Below are positions 20,061 through 29,230 of a DNA stretch of 64,000 nt, piece after piece. The notes under the pieces are model-generated. The model made no database searches. It had not been told where the DNA came from and was given only the letters and a program-made list of their open reading frames with translations. Positions within the stretch are counted from its first letter, which is position 1; each line of letters begins with the position of its first letter. The position numbers were made by a program, and so were the translations under genes. The DNA comes from an uncultured Planctomycetota bacterium (GTDB lineage Bacteria; Planctomycetota; Planctomycetia; Gemmatales; Gemmataceae), in contig CAWKHF010000004.1 of the NCBI GenBank assembly GCA_963849325.1, forward strand, positions 1 to 64,000, read 5' to 3'.

Positions 20061-21259
20061 ATGCTCAATCAAACGGTCCAGCGGATACTCACGGTCAACA
20101 CCGGCTCTTCCAGTCTCAAGCTCGCCGTGTACGAGCTGGAGTTGGCAGAAACGCGGATTCTCTCCGGCATCGTCGAGCGGATCGGCGCCCTTGGGGACGT
20201 ATGCACCTAACGGACGCTCACGGCGCGACCCTGTTCGACCGTGCGAGCGACTTTCCCGATCACGGCGCCGCTCTGTGGGCGGTCCTGGAATGGCTGCGGC
20301 GGCATCGTCCGGAACTGAGGTTCGACGCGGTGGGGCATCGGCTGGTGCATGGGCACATCCAGCACCGCGAGCCTCAGCGGATCACTCCGCAACTGATCGC
20401 CATCCTCCAGGGGATGATCCCGCTGGCGCCCGATCATCTGCCCCAGACCATCGCGGCCATGCAAGTCGCGGTCCAAGTCTACCCGGACCTCCCGCAAGTG
20501 GCTTGCTCCGATAGCGCGTTTCACCGGCACATGCCCCGAATCGCGCAGATTTATCCCCTGCCGCGGCACTTCGCGGACGAGGGGCTGATCCGTTACGGGT
20601 TTCATGGACTGTCCTACGAATCCATCATGCAAGAACTCCGCGCTACCTCTCCCCAGGAGGCCGACGGCCGCATCCTCATCGCGCATCTCGGCAATGGCGC
20701 GAGCATGGCGGCGGTTCGCGGCGGTATCGGCATCGAGACGACGATGGGGTTTACGCCCGCGGGCGGTCTTATGATGGGCAGTCGGTCGGGCGATCTCAGT
20801 CCCGGCGTCCTGCTGTACCTGTTTGCCGAACGGGGCATGACGCCGGACAGGCTGAACGTGCTGGTCAATCGGCAGGCCGGGCTTCTCGGCGTCTCGGCGA
20901 CTAGCGCCGACATGCGCGATCTGCTCGAAAGGGAAGCCACGGACAGCCGTGCCGCCGAGGCCGTCGCCCTGTTCTGCTACCTGGCCAAGAAGCACCTCGG
21001 CGCTCTGGCCGCCACTCTGGGCGGCCTGGACACCTTGATCTTCACGGGCGGGATCGGCGAACACGCCGCAGCCGTCCGCCTACGGATCTGCGAGGGTCTG
21101 GAGTTTCTCGGTATACGGATTGATCCTTCGAGCAATGAAACGCACGCTCCGGTCATTTCGCGGGAAGGCAGTTCGGCAACCGTGCGCGTTATGAAGACCG
21201 ATGAAGACCTAATGATTGCTCGACACACCAGGGAGCTGATATCCGAGCCGCGACCGTAA
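20061..21259 (+). CDS. ackA: Acetate/propionate kinase; frameshift ~20190
   Basis: [60 protein letters not shown]. Confidence 0.9.
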
Positions 21260-21268
21260 GGGAGCGGT
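21245..21268 (+). repeat. REP-like palindromic unit GAGCCGCGACCGTAAGGGAGCGGT supplying the ackA stop codon
   Basis: Imperfect hairpin ccgc-gacc-GTAA-ggga-gcgg; resembles a short dispersed repeat recalled from Planctomycetes/Acidobacteria; single copy here. Confidence 0.4.
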
Positions 21269-21291
21269 TGGTCGGACCAAAGGAGTACATC

Positions 21292-23646
21292 ATGGCCAAC
21301 CTCGATGAGGATCGTCTGAAGAATATGCACCGCTATTGGCAGGCGGCCAACTACCTGACGATTGGCCAGATCTACTTACAGGACAATCCCCTGCTGCGCG
21401 AGCCGCTTCGGCCAGAACATATCAAGCCGCGCTTGCTGGGACACTGGGGGACTTCGCCCGGCCTCAGTTTCATCTACGTGCATCTGAACCGTTTGATCCA
21501 GGACACCGGGGCCAACGCCATCTACCTGACCGGGCCGGGCCACGGCGGACCCGCCATTGTTGCCAACGTCTATTTGGAAGGAACCTACTCCGAAATCTAC
21601 CCGCACGTCTCCCCGGACATCGAGGGGCTTCACCGGCTGTTCCGGCAATTCTCGACGCCCGGTGGTATCCCCAGCCACGCCAGCGTCACGACACCCGGCT
21701 CCATCAACGAGGGCGGAGAGCTGGGCTATGTCCTGGTCCACGCCTTCGGCGCTGCTTTCGATAACCCGGATCTCCTGGCGGTCGCCGTCGTCGGCGATGG
21801 CGAAGCGGAGACCGGGCCGCTCGAAGGCTCCTGGAAGAGCGTCAAATTCCTCAACCCGGCACGAGATGGCGCCGTGCTGCCCATCCTCCACCTCAACGGC
21901 TACAAGATTTCCGGCCCCACCGTATTGGGGCGGAGCAGCGACGAGGACATCCGTAAGCTCCTCGAAGCGCACGGCTACGAGGTCCATTTCGTGGAGGGCG
22001 AAGAGCCGATGCCCATGCACCAGGCGTTCGCCGCCACCTTGGATACCTGCTACGCCAAGATCCGAGCCATCCAAACCGAGGCGCGCACCAAGGGATGCTC
22101 CAACCCCCCGACCTGGCCGGCCATCGTCCTGCGGACGCCCAAAGGTTGGACGGGGCCAAAAGAAGTCGATGGCTTGCCGGTGGAGGGAACATTCCGGGCG
22201 CATCAGGTGCCGCTGGCCAACGTCAAGAACAATCCGCAGCATCTCAAGATGTTGGAGCAGTGGATGCGCAGCTATAAGCCGGAGGAATTGTTCGATCAAG
22301 CCGGCCGGCTCGTTTCGGAGTTGGCCGCGCTCGCTCCCAAAGGAGATCGGCGGATGGGTGCCAATCCGCACGCCAACGGCGGCAAGCTCACGGTGGACCT
22401 CGACCTGCCCGATTTCCGCGCCTACGCGGTTGCGGTCAAAAAGCCAGCCACCGAGCATCTGGAATCGACCCGCCGGCTGGGGCAGATGATCCGCGACATC
22501 TTCCGGCGCACGAGCAAGCAAGCGAACTTCCGGCTCTTTTGCCCCGACGAGACCAACTCGAACCGGCTGGGCGATGTTTTCGAGGTTGAGAATCGCTGCT
22601 GGATCGAGCCGGTACTCGGCAGTGACGACCACATGGCCCCGGACGGTCGCGTGATGGAAGTGCTCAGCGAACACCTTTGCCAGGGTTGGCTGGAAGGCTA
22701 TGTGCTGACCGGGCGCCACGGTTTGTTCGTGACCTACGAAGCGTTTGCGATGGTGGTGGCCTCGATGGTCGTCCAGCACACCAAATGGCTGGAGGAAGCC
22801 GCCAACCTCCCCTGGCGTTTACCCATCCCCTCGCTGAACACCCTCTTGACCTCGACGTGCTGGCGTAACGATCACAACGGCTTCAGCCATCAGGGACCGG
22901 GCCTGATCGCCACCGTGCTGACCCTGAAAGGCACGGTCGGCCGCATCTATCTGCCGCCGGATGCCAACTGCCTGTTGTCCGTGGCCAACCATTGCTTGCG
23001 CAGCCGCAATTACGTCAATCTGATTGTCATCGACAAGCAGCCGCAGCTCCAATGGCTCGACATGGACGCGGCTGTCAAGCACTGTGCCGCCGGCGCGTCC
23101 GTCTGGGACTGGGCCAGCAACGATGAGGGAAAAGAGCCGGATGTTGTCTTGGCGGCGGCCGGCGACATCCCGACCCTGGAAGTGGTAGCGGCCGCCTGGC
23201 TGCTGCGCAAGCACGCGCCGAGCCTCAAGGTTCGGGTGGTCAACGTCGTGGACCTGATGTGTTTGTATCCCAAGGTGATCCACCCTCACGGTCTGGAAGA
23301 GTCGCGGTTTCTGGAGCTGTTTACTGCCGCCAAGCCGGTCGTCTTCGCTTTCCACGGCTATCAACGCGGCATCCACGCCATCATTCATGGGCGGACTCAT
23401 GCGGAGCGGTTCCACGTGCGTGGCTTTATGGAAGAGGGGACGACGACGACACCTTTCGACATGGTGGTGCGCAATCAGCTCAGCCGCTATCACCTGTGCA
23501 TGGAGGCGTTGCGGCGTTCGGGCTATCATCAGGCCGGCCCGTTGATGGAGTGGTGCCAGGGGATGCTGGCCAAGCACCAGAGCTACACGCGCCAGCACCT
23601 GGAAGACATGCCGGAAGTCCGCGATTGGGTTTGGAGCGACATCTGA
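21292..23646 (+). CDS. xfp: Xylulose-5-P/fructose-6-P phosphoketolase
   Basis: [63 protein letters not shown]. Confidence 0.95.
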   Translation: MANLDEDRLKNMHRYWQAANYLTIGQIYLQDNPLLREPLRPEHIKPRLLGHWGTSPGLSFIYVHLNRLIQDTGANAIYLTGPGHGGPAIVANVYLEGTYSEIYPHVSPDIEGLHRLFRQFSTPGGIPSHASVTTPGSINEGGELGYVLVHAFGAAFDNPDLLAVAVVGDGEAETGPLEGSWKSVKFLNPARDGAVLPILHLNGYKISGPTVLGRSSDEDIRKLLEAHGYEVHFVEGEEPMPMHQAFAATLDTCYAKIRAIQTEARTKGCSNPPTWPAIVLRTPKGWTGPKEVDGLPVEGTFRAHQVPLANVKNNPQHLKMLEQWMRSYKPEELFDQAGRLVSELAALAPKGDRRMGANPHANGGKLTVDLDLPDFRAYAVAVKKPATEHLESTRRLGQMIRDIFRRTSKQANFRLFCPDETNSNRLGDVFEVENRCWIEPVLGSDDHMAPDGRVMEVLSEHLCQGWLEGYVLTGRHGLFVTYEAFAMVVASMVVQHTKWLEEAANLPWRLPIPSLNTLLTSTCWRNDHNGFSHQGPGLIATVLTLKGTVGRIYLPPDANCLLSVANHCLRSRNYVNLIVIDKQPQLQWLDMDAAVKHCAAGASVWDWASNDEGKEPDVVLAAAGDIPTLEVVAAAWLLRKHAPSLKVRVVNVVDLMCLYPKVIHPHGLEESRFLELFTAAKPVVFAFHGYQRGIHAIIHGRTHAERFHVRGFMEEGTTTTPFDMVVRNQLSRYHLCMEALRRSGYHQAGPLMEWCQGMLAKHQSYTRQHLEDMPEVRDWVWSDI

Positions 23647-23728
23647 ACGATTCGTGCCGTCTATTTGCCGTTCGCCCGGCGAGGGCACCGGCATAGCGGG
23701 TGACACGGCTTCTGAACAGGAGGCTCGC

Positions 23729-24592
23729 ATGATCGAGTCCGAGCTGTTCTCTCTCTGCGTTCTTGGCGTTTTGGCGGTTAGTCCCGTCTTCAGCGCGGCC
23801 GCGCCTGACCAGCGCGACTTGGCTACGGAGGTGAAAGCGGTATTTCAGGCCAAGTGCGCCGAGTGCCACGGCCCGCAAGTGCGCAAGCCCAAAGGAAAAT
23901 TCGGCTATGTGCTCGATCTGAAAAAGCTGGCGGCCGATCCGGAGAAAGTCGTGCCGTACAAGCCGGAGGAATCGCAACTGTGGCAGCTGGTCCACGATGA
24001 GGAGATGCCGGCGGAGGGTGCCAAGGCCGGCCCTTTGACCAAAGAGCAGAAAGACATCATCCACGCCTGGATTGAAGCCGGCGCTCCTTCCACGCCAATC
24101 GAGCAGGGCACCCCCTCGCCGGACAAGAAGGCCGCCGAGAGCGCATCCGCCCCAGCCACGAGGAGACATCTCCTCGACTGGCTCGGCAAGTTCCATGTGA
24201 TGGTGATTCACTTCCCCATCGCCCTGTTACTGGCGGCAGCGGCCGGCGAAGTGTGGTCCGCCTGGCGGCGCATTCGGCAACCCGCCCCCGCCGTCCGCTT
24301 TTGCGTCCTGTTAGGGGCGATTAGCGCCATCGTGGCCGCCGTACTCGGTTGGCTCCACGCCGCCAGCGGCTACGGCCTGGATTCGCCTTTGATCCTGGCC
24401 TGGCATCGCTGCTTCGGCACGGCGACCGCGGTAGGGTCCGTGATCCTCGCCGTCCTTTCGGAAATCGATAGTCGTCGCGGGACGCGGAGCTGGTGGTTTC
24501 GGCTGTTGCTTCTTCTCGTTGCCCTGCTGGTTGCCGTGGCGGGGTACTTCGGCGGCCTCCTCGTCCATGGGGGGGACTATTTCAACTGGTAG
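23729..24592 (+). CDS. Planctomycete cytochrome c domain fused to DUF2231-like membrane domain
   Basis: Signal peptide; KCAECHG..EMP..WIEAGA; HVMVIHFPIALL and 4 TM segments ending GGLLVHG. Confidence 0.8.
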   Translation: MIESELFSLCVLGVLAVSPVFSAAAPDQRDLATEVKAVFQAKCAECHGPQVRKPKGKFGYVLDLKKLAADPEKVVPYKPEESQLWQLVHDEEMPAEGAKAGPLTKEQKDIIHAWIEAGAPSTPIEQGTPSPDKKAAESASAPATRRHLLDWLGKFHVMVIHFPIALLLAAAAGEVWSAWRRIRQPAPAVRFCVLLGAISAIVAAVLGWLHAASGYGLDSPLILAWHRCFGTATAVGSVILAVLSEIDSRRGTRSWWFRLLLLLVALLVAVAGYFGGLLVHGGDYFNW

Positions 24593-24619
24593 TGGAAGTG
24601 CGGCGTGTACTCCACTTCG

Positions 24620-25069
24620 TTATCGCGTTTCTTCTGGGACGGCGGACATCGCCTCGAAGGCAGCGTGCTTTTCCGCAGCGCTCAACAGTTTGTCCAGTTG
24701 CGGATACAGGGCATATTCCTCCCTGGCGTTATGCCCGCCCAACTCATCCACCAGAATCTCCTCTTCGCGATCGTTGTCGGCGTCATTCTGTTTGACCTTA
24801 TCTTTCAACGCCGCCAGCCATTCCCGGATCTCCTCATGTTCCCCTCGCAAGGTATCCGTCAGCCCGCTCTGGCCGGTCTTCTGCTCGAAAAGCGGGAACA
24901 GAATGGTCTCCTCCCAGACCAGATGACGTTGCAGGGCCGAGGTGAACCGCATCAAGAAATCCGCCGCCTCGGCAAGGTTTCCAGCTTTCCGCTCCTGAAA
25001 ACTCTCCAGAAGTTCATCCAGGCGATTATGGTCTTCGGTCAAGAAATCGTTGAGGCTCGGAGTGGTCAT
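24620..25069 (-). CDS. Hemerythrin (HHE) domain protein
   Basis: DHNRLD..RHLVWEETILFP..EHEEI..HNAREEYALYP. Confidence 0.88.
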   Translation of the reverse strand: MTTPSLNDFLTEDHNRLDELLESFQERKAGNLAEAADFLMRFTSALQRHLVWEETILFPLFEQKTGQSGLTDTLRGEHEEIREWLAALKDKVKQNDADNDREEEILVDELGGHNAREEYALYPQLDKLLSAAEKHAAFEAMSAVPEETR

Positions 25070-25106
25070 GGCGGCTTCTCCTTCGTACTCACGTCGAGAA
25101 GGGTTT

Positions 25107-25607
25107 TCACGAGCCAATGCGGACATGCCCGGCGGCGTGGCCGCAGCAGGTCCGATAGGCTTCCTCCGGCAGTTCTTCCATCTTGCGGAAGGCGACTGTC
25201 TTTTCCTCCGCGCTGGCCAGCCGATCAATCGCCGGGTACAGGATATTCTCTTCCTTCTGATTGTGCGCGGAGAGGGCCTGGAGAAGCTCCTCTTCCTCGC
25301 GGTCGCTGTTCACGTCTTGCCGGCGGACCTTGTCGTGCAACGCTTCCAGACGCCGGCCAATCTCCCGGTGTTCCGCACGCATGACGACCGTGGGGCCGTG
25401 GTCGCGCATGCCGCTCTTATCCTCGAACAGCGGGAACAAGATCGTCTCCTCGGAGATGATGTGCCGCTGGAGGCCGAACTTGAACTCGCGGAAGGCTTGC
25501 TTGGCCTTGGCGAAATCGACGCGCTTCAACTGCCGGTAAGTGTCCAGCAGTTGATCCAGCCGGTCGTGATCGTGGGCCAAAGAAACCTGCACGGTTGACT
25601 CGCTCAT
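25107..25607 (-). CDS. Hemerythrin (HHE) domain protein
   Basis: DHDRLD..RHIISEETILFP..EHREI..HNQKEENILYP; C-terminal CCGH. Confidence 0.9.
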   Translation of the reverse strand: MSESTVQVSLAHDHDRLDQLLDTYRQLKRVDFAKAKQAFREFKFGLQRHIISEETILFPLFEDKSGMRDHGPTVVMRAEHREIGRRLEALHDKVRRQDVNSDREEEELLQALSAHNQKEENILYPAIDRLASAEEKTVAFRKMEELPEEAYRTCCGHAAGHVRIGS

Positions 25608-25701
25608 GATGTCATCCTTCTTTCTGGCGGACAGCTCTCGCGTCCGTCGTTGTCTTGTGGATTAAAAAGACCTTTATATGTGAAATAGTTTCCTTCTCGG
25701 C

Positions 25702-26124
25702 TCAACGCAGCTCGCATAGCGGGGGAACGCTGTTGGGCTGGTTGAGCAGCTGGGCGATCGTCACGCGGGCGAAGGCACGCTCCGTGGCTGCGGCCGCCTC
25801 ATCGAGTTCGCGGTGCAGCGGGCAAAGACTCGTGTGACCCTTCAGTCCCAAGGGACAGCGGCGGATGCGCGCGATTGGCTCGACGGCAGCGACTACATCG
25901 AGAATGGATAGATCCTCCGGCGGGCGTACCAAGGTGTAACCGCCGCCCGGTCCTGGCTGCGAGCGCACCAGGCGGGCGCGAACCAGCGCCTGGAGGACCT
26001 TGTGGGCATAGCGTCGCGGCACGCGCACGGACTCGGCGATCTCGTCCGCGGAATGAGCTCGCTCCGGAGAGCGCGCGAATAGCACCACGGCTCGAAGAGC
26101 ATACTCAGCGGTCTTGGGGATCAT
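25702..26124 (-). CDS. Rrf2-family transcriptional regulator, divergent from qNor
   Basis: TAEYALRA..SQPGPGGGY..SILDVVAAVE..CPLG..LCPLH. Confidence 0.92.
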   Translation of the reverse strand: MIPKTAEYALRAVVLFARSPERAHSADEIAESVRVPRRYAHKVLQALVRARLVRSQPGPGGGYTLVRPPEDLSILDVVAAVEPIARIRRCPLGLKGHTSLCPLHRELDEAAAATERAFARVTIAQLLNQPNSVPPLCELR

Positions 26125-26329
26125 GCGTCACCTCCATGTTCAATTCTATACCTTGACATGCAGAATTCAAGGGCTAGGATAATTTTAGATATGCAGGTGT
26201 AGATTTCGAGCCTGAAGCGGTTTATGAGCAAAGAACTCACCTTGACCTCTCTGCTCCAGGCCGAGGAGCGCTCTCGGACCATATAACAACCGGACTCGGT
26301 CAATTTTCCCCGTATCAGGAGGTCTTCCG

Positions 26330-28633
26330 GTGAGTAATGTAGGCCGTCGCGTCATGGTGATTTCCCCGCGTTGGCTGCAGGGTGTGGTCCTGACTTTCGT
26401 GATCGGCTTTGGCATCCTGGGCTATTTGGCCCTGCGCGTTTACGAGGACCATGCTCCGGTGCCCGAGCGCGTCGTCTCGGAAGCCGGAGAGGAAGTGTTC
26501 ACCCGCGAGGACATTCTCCAGGGCCAGGTGGCCTTCCTGACCTACGGATTGATGGAGTACGGCTCGATCTACGGCCACGGCGCCTACCTCGGTCCCGACT
26601 TCACCGCCGACTACCTCCATCGCCAGGCTCTCGCCATGAGCGAGCAATACGGCGGCGGGGCCGACGCCGACCAGCGCGTCCGCCAGGAGTTGCAAGCCAA
26701 CCGCTACGATCCGGCGGCCGGAACGCTGACCTGGACCGACGGGCAGATTCAGGCTTTCGACATCCTCCGCCGGCACTACGAGTCGGAAGTCCTCAATCGG
26801 GCGCAAAGCGGCGGCGGCATCGGCCCGCACGCGGTCGCCAGTCCCGACGAATCGCGGCAGATCACGGCCTTCATCGCCTGGACGGCGTGGACCGCCTCGG
26901 CCCGCCGTCCCGGTCGTCCCTACTCTTACACGAACAACTGGCCGCCGGAGCCGTTGGTCGGCAACGACCTGACGGAGGAAGCCGTCGTTTGGAGCACGCT
27001 CTCCATCATCGCTCTGCTGGGCGGGACCGGCCTGGTGTTGACCTTGTTCGGCCGCTATTACAGCCTCCTCGGTTGGCACGGAACCGAGGAACGCCGTCTC
27101 CGCTTTCATCCGCCCGGCGAGGTTGCCCTGACGCCGGCGCAGCGATCCACGGCCTGGTATTTCTTCGTGGTCGCCGCTCTCTTCTTCGTGCAGACGCTCC
27201 TGGGCGGAGCGACGGCCCACTACCATGCCGAGACGGGCGGTTTCTTCGGACTGGACTTGGCCCAACTGCTGCCCTACAACCTCACGCGCACCTGGCACCT
27301 TCAGTTGGCCCTGTTCTTCGTCACCGCCGCCTACCTGGCGGCGGGCATCTTCCTGGCCCCTCTGATAGCCGGCCGCGAGCCGCGCGGCCAACGATTGCTC
27401 TCCTTCCTGCTCCTGGCCGCCCTCGTCGTGGTCGTGGTCGGCAGCTTGGCGGGGGAGGCGGCCAGCTACAAGGGATGGATCGCCCCCTCGGCCAAGCCCA
27501 CCCTCGGCGCCCAAGGCTGGGAGTACCTCGATCTGGGCCGGCTCTGGCAAATCCTCCTCACGGGCGGGCTGGTCCTCTGGTGCATCATCCTCTATCGCGG
27601 TCTGCGCGGACAACTGGCCCGCGAAAGCCGCGGCAACCTGCCTTACCTGTTTTTCTACAGCGCCCTGACCATCCCCCTCTTCTACGCGGTGGGGTTGCTC
27701 AGCCGCTCGCACACCAACTTCGCCATCGCCGACTTCTGGCGCTTCTGGGTGGTCCACCTGTGGGTCGAGGACTTCCTGGAGCTGTTTACGACGATTATGG
27801 TGGCCTACATCTTCGTGCTGCTGGGCGTGGTATCCGAGAAGACGGCGACGCGCGTCATCTACTTCGACGCCCTGCTGTACTCGGTCGGCGGCGTGGTCGG
27901 CACCATGCACCATCTGTATTTCAGCGGCACGCCGGCCGTGCATATGGCGCTGGGGGCGTTCTTCTCGGCCGGCGAGGTGATCCCGCTGACCTTCCTCACG
28001 GTGGAGGCGTGGAGCTTTTTGCAACTGGGCGCTCGTCAGGAGACGCACGGCGGCGAGGCTCGCTTCCCGCATCGCTGGGCCGTCCTCTACCTGGCGGCGG
28101 TCGGTTTCTGGAACTTCCTGGGCGCCGGCATCTTCGGCTTTCTCATCAACCTGCCAGTCGTCAGTTACTACGAGATCGGCACGCAGTTGACGGCCAACCA
28201 CGGCCACGCCGCCATGATGGGCGTCTACGGCATGTTGGCCATCGCCCTGCTGGTTTTCTGTCTGCGCTACCTGCTGCGGCCGGAAGACTGGAGCGAGCGA
28301 CTGGTCGGTTTCTCGTTCTGGGCGTTGAATCTGGGGTTGGCGTGGATGGTGTTCGCCAACCTCTTCCCCATCGGCGTGCTGCAACTGGGCGATGCGGTGG
28401 CCCACGGCTACTGGCACGCCCGCTCCCTCGAGTTCTTTAACGAGCATGCCGCGATCGAGTGGCTGCGGCTGCCCGGCGATGTACTGTTTATCGCGGGGGT
28501 GCTGCCGCTGGTCTACTTGACGGGCCGGGCGGTCTGGCGGCCATCGCATCCGGCTGCGCCGATGGCCGCACCGGAGGCTTCCACGGCCAGCCCCTTGTTC
28601 ACCGAGGTCTCGCCCGCCCCGACGACTTCCTGA
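26330..28633 (+). CDS. norB: Quinol-dependent nitric oxide reductase (qNor)
   Basis: YGSIYGHGAYLGPDFTADYLH, SYTNNWP, RTWHLQ, WRFWVVHLWVEDFLELF, GTMHHLY, NHGHAAMMGVYG. Confidence 0.95.
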   Translation: MSNVGRRVMVISPRWLQGVVLTFVIGFGILGYLALRVYEDHAPVPERVVSEAGEEVFTREDILQGQVAFLTYGLMEYGSIYGHGAYLGPDFTADYLHRQALAMSEQYGGGADADQRVRQELQANRYDPAAGTLTWTDGQIQAFDILRRHYESEVLNRAQSGGGIGPHAVASPDESRQITAFIAWTAWTASARRPGRPYSYTNNWPPEPLVGNDLTEEAVVWSTLSIIALLGGTGLVLTLFGRYYSLLGWHGTEERRLRFHPPGEVALTPAQRSTAWYFFVVAALFFVQTLLGGATAHYHAETGGFFGLDLAQLLPYNLTRTWHLQLALFFVTAAYLAAGIFLAPLIAGREPRGQRLLSFLLLAALVVVVVGSLAGEAASYKGWIAPSAKPTLGAQGWEYLDLGRLWQILLTGGLVLWCIILYRGLRGQLARESRGNLPYLFFYSALTIPLFYAVGLLSRSHTNFAIADFWRFWVVHLWVEDFLELFTTIMVAYIFVLLGVVSEKTATRVIYFDALLYSVGGVVGTMHHLYFSGTPAVHMALGAFFSAGEVIPLTFLTVEAWSFLQLGARQETHGGEARFPHRWAVLYLAAVGFWNFLGAGIFGFLINLPVVSYYEIGTQLTANHGHAAMMGVYGMLAIALLVFCLRYLLRPEDWSERLVGFSFWALNLGLAWMVFANLFPIGVLQLGDAVAHGYWHARSLEFFNEHAAIEWLRLPGDVLFIAGVLPLVYLTGRAVWRPSHPAAPMAAPEASTASPLFTEVSPAPTTS

Positions 28634-28659
28634 CAGCGATCCTCGGAAGGAGGCGCGGA

Positions 28660-29216
28660 GTGGACCCTGTTTCCTTACTTCTGAGCCTGCCGGTCGAGCT
28701 GGAACTCTGGCTGATCCTGGGTTACGTGGTCGTGGTTCTTGCTGGGGCGCGGTTGGCCGAAGTGCTGGCTCAGGTCCACTTCGAGCGTGCCCGGCGGTAC
28801 GCCGAGCATGGCTTCGAGTACGACGCCGATGCCGATCATTATCACTGCCCCCAAGGAGAGCGCCTCGCTCTGCATGTGGTGGAGCCGGAGAGCCGGCTGG
28901 CCGTTTACCGGCGCCGGCGTCCAGCTGCAACGGCTGTCCCCTCAAGGCGTCTTGCACGCCGCACGACGAGGGAAGACATCTCTACCGCCCTCTCGCCGCC
29001 TGGGCCGAAACCGACATCGGACGCTTCCACCGGCGGTTGTCGCTGCTGATGGTGGGGATCGGCGTGATCTTCTCCCTGGGCGGCCTGGCTCGCTGGATCG
29101 GGCAGCCGGGCACGGGCCTGTTGTTGCTCGCGCTGGCGGCCAGCTTGGTTTCGGTTGCCCGCGACCTGCGGGCGGCGTGGAACGGCCCAGATGCGGGCAG
29201 CAATGGGACGGAATGA
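28660..29216 (+). CDS. Small membrane protein with Cys4 zinc-ribbon-like loop; frameshift ~28910
   Basis: RBS aaggagg; TM helix, FEYDADADHYHCPQG..YR/APASSCNGCPLKASCT, then two TM helices. Confidence 0.6.
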
Positions 29217-29230
29217 GGCATAATAGGGAT

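Noticed and set aside
23682-23698. Fourth sigma-54 promoter (GGGCACCGGCATAGC)
   Set aside because: GG-N10-GC spacing fits, but it lacks TGGC and TTGC; likely chance in high-GC DNA.
26315-28957. 880-aa antisense ORF (also 56446-59286, 31972-33789, 4887-6269 and similar)
   Set aside because: Shadow ORFs opposite well-supported genes, expected at high GC; no motifs.
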